Shown here: positions 57,401 through 64,000 of the stretch, piece after piece | How positions within the stretch are numbered: the stretch's first letter is position 1 | Layout of the letters: each line of letters starts with the position of its first letter | DNA from: an uncultured Acidobacteriota bacterium | GTDB lineage: Bacteria; Acidobacteriota; Thermoanaerobaculia; Multivoradales; UBA5704 | Length of the DNA: 64,000 nt | NCBI GenBank assembly: GCA_963770895.1 | Contig: CAVYRF010000002.1 | Span: 4,448,001 to 4,512,000 of the forward strand | Direction of reading: 5' to 3' | Program-made: the position numbers and the translations under genes | Notes under the pieces: model-generated | Database searches by the model: none | The model's input: only the letters and a program-made list of their open reading frames with translations | Told to the model about the DNA's origin: nothing

Positions 57401-59907
57401 GGCGTCTTTTGCAGCACCCGGTCGGCCGGCGCTGCCGGCACGCCCGGCGGGGCTGCGGGTGACAGGGGGTGGCATCGCTCGGCCCAGCGCAGGCGGTTGA
57501 CGATGCCGCGATGGGTGTTCATGGCGCCCTTGGGCCGCCCGGTCGAGCCCGAGGTGAAGATCACGTAGGCGAGGTTTGCCGGCCCGGCGCCGTCGATCGG
57601 CGCCGCCACCGATGCCGCCGACGCCGCCGATGCCGCCGACGAGGCCGATGCCGGTGACGGCCAGGGCCGGGCGCCGCGGCGTGACCAGGGCGCGGCGGGG
57701 TCGTCGAGGGGCACCGTCGCGATGGCCGGCGTCCCCAGGCGCGCGGCAAGGCCGTCCTGGGCGACCGCCAGGGTCGCGCCCGCGTCCTCCAACATGAGGC
57801 GCAGCCGCTCCGCCGGCGCGTCGGGTTCGAGCGGCAGGTAGGCGCCGCCCGCCTTCAAGATGCCGAGGAGCCCCACCACCAGGGCGACCGACCGCTCGGC
57901 GCAGATCGGCACCACCGCGTCGGGCTGCACCCCCAGCTGCCGCAGGCGCTGCGCCAGCGCATCGGCGCGCGCGTCGAGCTCGCCATAGGTCAGGTGCGCC
58001 GGCGGCAGGCCGCCGGCCGGGTCGTCGACCACCGCCACCGCGTGCGGGGCGCGCCGCGCCTGCCGCTCGATCAGCTGGTGCAGGCAGCGGTCGGCGGCGG
58101 CCCAGGCGACCGCCGTGTCGTTGCCTTCGACCAGCTGCTGGCGCTCGGCGGCGGTCAGCAGCGGCAGCTGCGACAGCGGCGCCGCGCTGCCCGCGGGGGC
58201 GCCGCCGGGGCCGGCGGCCGCGGGGCTGGCGACCGCGGCGGCGAGCACCTGGAGGTGTCCGCCCAGGCGGCGGATGGTCGCGGCGTCGAACAGGTCGCGG
58301 TTGAACACCAGCGATGCGGCCACCGCGCCGTCGATCAGGGCCGTCGCCAGAGTGAGATCGAATTGGGCGGCGCGTTGCGGCAGGGCGACGCTCGCCAGCT
58401 CGATGCCGCCCAGGTCGAGACGCCCGCCGGTCGCTCCCAGCGCCACGGCCGCCAGCCCGCGCTCGCCGGCCGCGCCTTCGCGGTAGTGCACGAACATCAC
58501 CTGGAAGAGCGGCGAGCGGCTGGGATCGCGCTCGCCGCCCAGCCGCTCGGCGAGCCGCGCGAAGGGGTAGCGCTGGTGTGCCAGCGCCGCGATCACCGTG
58601 TCGCGCACCCGGCGCAGCAGCTCCGCGAAGGGCGGGTCGCCGGCGCAGTCGCCGACCGCCACCACCGGGTTCACAAGGTAGCCGACCAGGCCGTCCAGGC
58701 CGCGGTCGCCGCGGCCCGCCGTGGGCGTGCCCACGCGCACGGTCTCCTGGCCGCTGTGGCGGTGGAGCAGCGCCACCAACAGGGCGAGCAGGGTCATGAA
58801 GGGCGTCGCCCCCGTGCGTTCGCCCAGGGCGCGCAGGCGCGCGGTCGTGGCGGTGTCGATCGCCAGCGGCAGCGAGCCGCCGCGGGCCGTCTGCACCGGC
58901 GGCCGCGGCCGGTCGGCGGGCAGCGCCAGGGGCGGCGCCGTGGCTGGCAGGACGGCGCTCCAATACGCTTCGTCGGCGCGCCGGCGCGGTGCGTCGTCCT
59001 CCCAGCCCCGCTCCTGGGCGGCGAGCGCCCGGTGATAGGCGCCGGCGTCGAGCGGCGGCAGCGCGTCGCCGCGGTAGAGCGCTCCCAGGTCGCCGAGCAG
59101 GATGCCGAGCGAGCCGAAATCGGCGGCGACGTGGTGCACCGCGAGCGCCAGCCAGGGCGGCGCACCGGCGCGGCGGTAGACGGCGAGGCGCAGGAGCGGC
59201 CCGCGGCCGAGGTCGAAAGGCGTCTCCGCCCACTCGGCGAGGTGGGCGCGCAGGCGATCGTCGCTCCAGCCGCCGGCGTCCACCTCCGCGAGCTCGACAC
59301 CGGGCTCCGCATGGACCTCCTGGACGAAGGATTCGCCTTCCTGGACGAAAGCGCTGCGCAGCGGCGGATGGCGCGCCGCGACCGCCGCCAGCGCCCGCCG
59401 CAGCCGCGCCGCGTCCAGGCTGCCGCGCACCACCCGCGCCGCGCCGGCCAGGATGTAGGCCGGGTTGCCGGGGATCAGGCGGTCGAGCAGCAGCAGCGCC
59501 CGCTGGCCGGGCGAGGCCGGATACCGTGTCGCCGTCGGCGTCGGTGTCGCCGTCGGTATGGTGTCGGTGGCTGGGGCCGGCGCGGCTGGAGCCGCCGTGG
59601 GTCGGGCCGGCGTGGGTCGGGCCGCGAGTTTGGCCCGCTGCAGGCGCCGGTGCCGTGCGACCGCGGCTCGCAGCTCGGCCAGGGTCGGCCCTTCCAGCAG
59701 CTCGGCGATCGGCACCGCCACTCCCAGGTCCGTCTCGATGGCGCCGGCCAGCTCGGCGGCGGCGAGCGAGTCCAAACCCAGGGTGACGAGGGACCGGTCT
59801 TCCGGCAGCCGCGCGCCATCGATGCCAAGGGCGCGTCCCGCCAGCTCCGAAAGATGCGACGCCAGCACGGCGCGGCGCGGCCGCGCAACAGCACCGGGCG
59901 CTTTCAT
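51421..59907 (-). CDS. NRPS, 5' segment: T0-C1-A1-T1-C2-A2-T2-C3 (joins the 3' segment by removing 1 nt)
   Basis: LGLDSL carrier, HHVAADFGS, two Ser-type A domains, GGQS/GGHS, HHIVGDG, HHIVSDA. Translation becomes nonsense after AREWGEAPGGS. Confidence 0.93.
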
Positions 59908-60014
59908 AGTTGGATGCCTATATTATCATGCGGCAGCATGCGGACATTCCGGGCATCGGCCGGATCGTAGGTTGCCGACGACATCGCGCCGGCGCCGGCG
60001 TGGGGGGGAGACCT

Positions 60015-62687
60015 GTGGCGGAGCGGCAGCACCAGGAGGCGAGCGATGGGAGGGACGGCGAGGATCACCTGGTGCGCCTGCCGGGCGAGCAGTTTGCCGT
60101 GTGGACCTGGGCCTCGGTGCGGGGCGCCGGCTTTCCGATCGCCGATCTGCTGCAGCTGGGTAGCGAGGACGCCGCGGCGGCGGCCGATCGCGCGCTGACG
60201 GCGCAGGAGGCGCTGGCGGCGGCGCGGGAGGCGGGGCTGGCTGCCCTGGTCGAGGGTTTCGATCGCTGCCCGCCCCAGTTGCAGCCGCAGTGGCAGGCCG
60301 CCGGCCGCCAGCTGGCGAGGGGCCGGCTGCCGGCGCTGCCGCAGGCCGAGACCGCGGACTTCGCGGCGGCGTTCCAGGCCGCGGCGGCGGCAGGCGACGC
60401 CCACCTGCTGGCCTATGCCGCCGCGCGGCGCCGGCAGTCCGAGGTGCTGCGCCGCGCGGCGGGTGAGCCCAGGCTGCGCGAGGCGGTGACGTGGCAGAAT
60501 CGCCACGCCCTGGCCACGGCCTTCGATCCGCTGTTGCGCCAAGCGGCGGCCGGCGACGGCAGCGGCGATGGCGATGGCGCCGGGGCCAACAAGCAGACCC
60601 GCCGGCACGAGCAGCTGGTGGCGTCCTACCTGCACCGCTACTGCACCAAGAACGACACCATCGGCTTTTTCGGTCCGGTCGGCTGGGCGCGGGTCACGGA
60701 CGCGCCGGTTGCGATCGTCGCCCGTCCGGGGGCGCGGCTGGTCTCCCACCGCAGGGTGTTCTTCGAGACCTGGTGCATCGACGCGGTGGCCGAAGCCCTC
60801 GCCCGCGACCGGCCGCTGCGCCCCTGGCTCACGCCGCGGCAGCTGCCGTTCTTTGTCCTCCAGGGCAACCTGTACATCCCGTTCGCCGGGACGCCCAGCC
60901 AGCTGTCGCCGGCGGAACGCGCCGTCTTCGCCGCTTGCAGGGGACGCCAGACGGCGCTGGAGCTGGCGGCGCGGCTGACGGGCGATCCGGCGGCGGCCGC
61001 AGCCGGCAGCGACGGCGACGGCAAGCTGGACCCGGTGCTCGGGCTGGCGTCGGCGGCGGACGTGTTCGAGGTGCTGGAGAGTCTGGCGGCCAGAGGCATG
61101 ATCGTGTGGCAGATGGAAGTGCCGATGCACCTTGCCGGCGAAGAGGAGCTGGCGCGCATCGTGCGGCGGGTCGCAGACCCGGCGTTGCGCGAGCCGATGC
61201 TGGCCGAGATCGGCGAGCTGGTCGCCGCCCGCGATGCGGTGGCCGCGGCGGCGGGCGACGCCGACCGCCTGCTGGCGGCGTTGGAAGCGCTCGACGGCCG
61301 CTTCCAGCAGTGCACGGGCGGCGCGGCGCGGCGCCTGCCGGGGCAGACCTATGCCGGGCGCACGCTGGTCCACGAAGACTGCCGCCGCGATCTCGACGTC
61401 GAGATCGGCGCCGATTTTCTGGCGGCGCTGGGGCCGCCGCTGTCGCTCGTCCTGATGGGTGCGCGCTGGCTTTGCGAAGAGACGGCGCGGCGCTTTCGCG
61501 GCGAATTTCAGCGCGCCTACGGCGAGCTCTGCGCCGCCTCGGGCGCGACGGCGATCGGCCTGCTGCAGTTCCTGCAAAAGGTGGCGCCGGTGCTGCTCGC
61601 GCCCGGCTCCAGCCTGGTCGCCGCGGTCGCCGCCGAACACGAGCGGCGCTGGTCCGAGATCCTCGCCCTGCCGGCCGGCGAGCGGCGGGTGCAGCTCGCC
61701 GGCGAGCGCATCCAACCGCTGGTGGCCGAGGCGTTCCGGGCGAGCGGGCCGGGCTGGAGGCTGGCCAGGCATCACAGCCCCGACCTGCTGGTGCGCGCAG
61801 CCAGCGTCGAGGCGATCGGCCGCGGCGATTTCCAGGTCGTGCTGGGCGAAGTGCACCTGGCGACCAACACCCTGCGCAATGCGGTGCTGATCGCCCACCA
61901 CCCGCAGCCGCAGGACCTGTGGCGGGCGATGCTGCGCGACATCCCCGACCCCACGGTCATCCCCTGGCTGCCGCGGCGGCGCGACGGCCAGCCGCGCAAA
62001 AACCCGCTGGGCTTCCACGTCATCCCGCGCAGCGCCCGGCTGGAGCTGGGCCTGATCGGCGCCAAGGACCTGCGCCTGGCGCTCGACACCGACCCGCCCG
62101 GCGACCCGCACGCCACCACCCTGTTTCTGGGCGACTGCCTGGTGACCGAGCGCGGCGGCGCCCTGTCGGTGGTGACCCGCGACGGCTCGCAGTGCATGGA
62201 CGTCGTGGACTTCTGCGAGCTGGCCATCTCCGTGCACACGATCAACAGCTTCCGCCTGCTGTCGGGCCGGCCGCACACGCCGCGCATCGCCATCGACAAG
62301 CTGATCGTGCAGCGCGAGCTGTGGCGCGTGCCGCTGGCGGACATTCCTGTCGCCGCCGCGCGCCCCGGCGCCGATCGCTTCCTGGCGGCGCGCGCCTTCG
62401 TGCGGCGGCATCGCCTGCCGCGCTTCGTCTTCGTCGGCTCGCCCTACGAAAAAAAACCCTTCTGCGTGGACTTTGCCAGCCCGGCGGCGATCGAGATCTT
62501 CGCCCGCGCCTGCCGCGGCGCGCAGGAAAAAGGCGGCCCCGACGTGCAGATCGCCATCTCCGAGATGCTGCCCGAGCCGGAGCAGACCTGGCTGCCGGGC
62601 CCCCACGGCGAGCGCTACACCAGCGAGCTGCGCCTGGTCGCGGTCGATCGCGCCGGCCGCTCCGGAGCGACGGCTGGAAGCACCTGA
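60015..62687 (+). CDS. Stand-alone lantibiotic dehydratase N-terminal (small LanB / PEARL-like) aminoacyl-tRNA-dependent enzyme
   Basis: ~890 aa, VRGAGFP, REAVTWQN, YLHRYCTKNDTIGFFGP, HSPD, VLGEVH, PRIAID, EKKP..VDF, SEMLP, terminal SELR. No elimination domain. Confidence 0.88.
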   Translation: MAERQHQEASDGRDGEDHLVRLPGEQFAVWTWASVRGAGFPIADLLQLGSEDAAAAADRALTAQEALAAAREAGLAALVEGFDRCPPQLQPQWQAAGRQLARGRLPALPQAETADFAAAFQAAAAAGDAHLLAYAAARRRQSEVLRRAAGEPRLREAVTWQNRHALATAFDPLLRQAAAGDGSGDGDGAGANKQTRRHEQLVASYLHRYCTKNDTIGFFGPVGWARVTDAPVAIVARPGARLVSHRRVFFETWCIDAVAEALARDRPLRPWLTPRQLPFFVLQGNLYIPFAGTPSQLSPAERAVFAACRGRQTALELAARLTGDPAAAAAGSDGDGKLDPVLGLASAADVFEVLESLAARGMIVWQMEVPMHLAGEEELARIVRRVADPALREPMLAEIGELVAARDAVAAAAGDADRLLAALEALDGRFQQCTGGAARRLPGQTYAGRTLVHEDCRRDLDVEIGADFLAALGPPLSLVLMGARWLCEETARRFRGEFQRAYGELCAASGATAIGLLQFLQKVAPVLLAPGSSLVAAVAAEHERRWSEILALPAGERRVQLAGERIQPLVAEAFRASGPGWRLARHHSPDLLVRAASVEAIGRGDFQVVLGEVHLATNTLRNAVLIAHHPQPQDLWRAMLRDIPDPTVIPWLPRRRDGQPRKNPLGFHVIPRSARLELGLIGAKDLRLALDTDPPGDPHATTLFLGDCLVTERGGALSVVTRDGSQCMDVVDFCELAISVHTINSFRLLSGRPHTPRIAIDKLIVQRELWRVPLADIPVAAARPGADRFLAARAFVRRHRLPRFVFVGSPYEKKPFCVDFASPAAIEIFARACRGAQEKGGPDVQIAISEMLPEPEQTWLPGPHGERYTSELRLVAVDRAGRSGATAGST

Positions 62688-62734
62688 AGGAAGGCTCGTT
62701 GCCTTCGAAGCATTGAGCAATTTAAGATCATCGT

Positions 62735-64000
62735 ATGACGCGAAGCCGACTGCCTGCACGATGCCTGGCCGCGCTGCTGGCTACCGCCTGGCTGCTGGCC
62801 GGTGCGGCACCTCCTCCTGCTGCATCCGCGGGTCCGACGGGCGCCGGGCACCTGGCGCCCCAGGCGGTAGAAGGCTTCAGCGGCGGGCCGCTCGATCCGT
62901 CGAGGTTTGCGCCTGGTATCGAGCGGCAGATCGTCGAAAGGCTCGACTCTCGTTACGAGAAGATACTGCGGGGGGCCAACGAAGAAGATGGGCGCCTCCG
63001 CGAGCAGATGACGCTGATCCTGGACGGGACAACCTTCGCCCTGACAGTTATTCTGTTTATCCTGGCGGTCCTGGCCTTCGCCGGGATTCGCGAGTTTCGC
63101 CAGGTCATCAAGACTCAAAGGGACGCCGCGGCGAGAATGGTGGCGAGCAGCGAGCAAGCTGCGCAGGAGACAAAAAAGATCCTGGACGAGGCTGCCCTGG
63201 AGACGCAGAAGGTCCGCGATCTCTCTGCCGGCCTCGACCAACGTATCCTGGAGCACGTCAAGGGTTCGATCGAGAAGACCTGGAGCGGGCTGATGCTTCA
63301 CTTCGACCAGCTCCCGACGATCGGTGACAAGCAGCGGCTGGCCGGTAGTGCTCCCGATCTGGTCAGCCCAGAGGCCAGACAGGCGTATGAAGAGGCGGAT
63401 CTGCTGGTGGTATTGGGAGATAAGCTGGGCTCTCTCGGCGGCGCTGAGAAGGCTACAACCTATTTCAACCACTTGGCGCGGTTCTGGTGGGGCGTCGAGG
63501 ACTGGGCTCGGGCCACGGCTCGATCCAGGCGGGCGATCGAGCTTGCCCCGACTTGCTTCGACGCGTACCTGACTTTTGCCATTGGCCTGATGGACCGCAG
63601 TGACAGACCTCCGGCACCGGACACTGCCACCAAGTTGCGGCTTCTAGCGGAGGCGGAGTGGCTGCTGGCGACTGCCCGGGAGTTGAAGCCCGAAGAGGCT
63701 GCCCAGATCGTCCATCGGCTGGGATGGATCGCCGATGAGAAGGGCAACTTCGCGCGCGCCGCCGACCTGTATGCCAATGCCCTCACCGGACAGCTGACGC
63801 CCGAGCTGCAAGGACGAATCGGCTACGATCTGGCTTGTGCTCAGTGTAAGTTGGGTCAACTACAGGAAGCCATCGATACTCTCAAACCGATCATCGACCT
63901 GGACGACAATCGGCGCCTGGCGGCGACAGATCCCGATTTCGAAAACCTGCGGCAGTCCTCAACACTGAAGGTGCACTTTGCAAATCTGATCGCGGTTCCT
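62735..64000 (+). CDS. Signal peptide, TM, TPR protein (3' truncated; absent from the ORF track)
   Basis: Open frame MTRSRLPARCLAALLA..., TM FALTVILFILAVLAFAGI, then YDLACAQCKLG...DPDFENLR TPR end motif. TTGCCT-18-TAAGAT promoter 6 nt before ATG. Confidence 0.8.
   Translation, partial: MTRSRLPARCLAALLATAWLLAGAAPPPAASAGPTGAGHLAPQAVEGFSGGPLDPSRFAPGIERQIVERLDSRYEKILRGANEEDGRLREQMTLILDGTTFALTVILFILAVLAFAGIREFRQVIKTQRDAAARMVASSEQAAQETKKILDEAALETQKVRDLSAGLDQRILEHVKGSIEKTWSGLMLHFDQLPTIGDKQRLAGSAPDLVSPEARQAYEEADLLVVLGDKLGSLGGAEKATTYFNHLARFWWGVEDWARATARSRRAIELAPTCFDAYLTFAIGLMDRSDRPPAPDTATKLRLLAEAEWLLATARELKPEEAAQIVHRLGWIADEKGNFARAADLYANALTGQLTPELQGRIGYDLACAQCKLGQLQEAIDTLKPIIDLDDNRRLAATDPDFENLRQSSTLKVHFANLIAVP

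Noticed and set aside
57600-57655. Short 9-bp-period tandem repeats (also near 3090-3160 and 31525-31565)
   Set aside because: In-frame low-complexity linkers (SAA, GGA, VAPP). No spacers, so not a CRISPR array.
44130-59970. Very long plus-strand ORFs opposite the NRPS (44130..51650, 51784..55959) and similar antisense ORFs across the window
   Set aside because: These are shadow ORFs expected from high GC3 codon bias. They have no motifs and lie fully antisense to clear genes.
60015-62687. Classical class I lanthipeptide cluster
   Set aside because: No elimination domain, LanC cyclase or adjacent LanA. The Cys-containing peptide at 19108 is over 40 kb away and tied to the ATP-grasp gene.

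Overview
High-GC bacterial window. The lineage is inferred, not proven: Acidobacteriota/Thermoanaerobaculia-like, from the PGN-type EF-P loop, TPR Ser/Thr kinases and giant NRPS. 1-10.5 kb is the distal spc and alpha ribosomal cluster (rplX' to rplQ), with long disordered extensions on L5, S5 and L17. Two tandem M48 peptidases, an MFS transporter and a VapBC module follow. At 15.7-21.1 kb a visibly lower-GC island is bracketed by a degenerate ~135-bp direct repeat. It carries a candidate graspetide RiPP locus: a secreted EreA/ChaN-like protein, an ATP-grasp ligase and a 45-aa double-glycine precursor with a Cys-containing core. The middle region holds two membrane Ser/Thr kinases, a site-2 protease, EF-P, an EF-G paralog, an M16B pair, a beta-propeller protein, a GT-C glycosyltransferase, a GNAT and a CHAT-TM-FGE fusion. 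41.9-59.9 kb is one ~6000-aa NRPS, T-(C-A-T)x5-TE, broken by a 1-nt frameshift. It is transcribed divergently from a stand-alone small-LanB/PEARL-type enzyme with no visible scaffold peptide. The NRPS+PEARL pair and the Cys-core graspetide are the best candidates for undescribed systems. No rRNA, tRNA, CRISPR array or transposase was found by eye.
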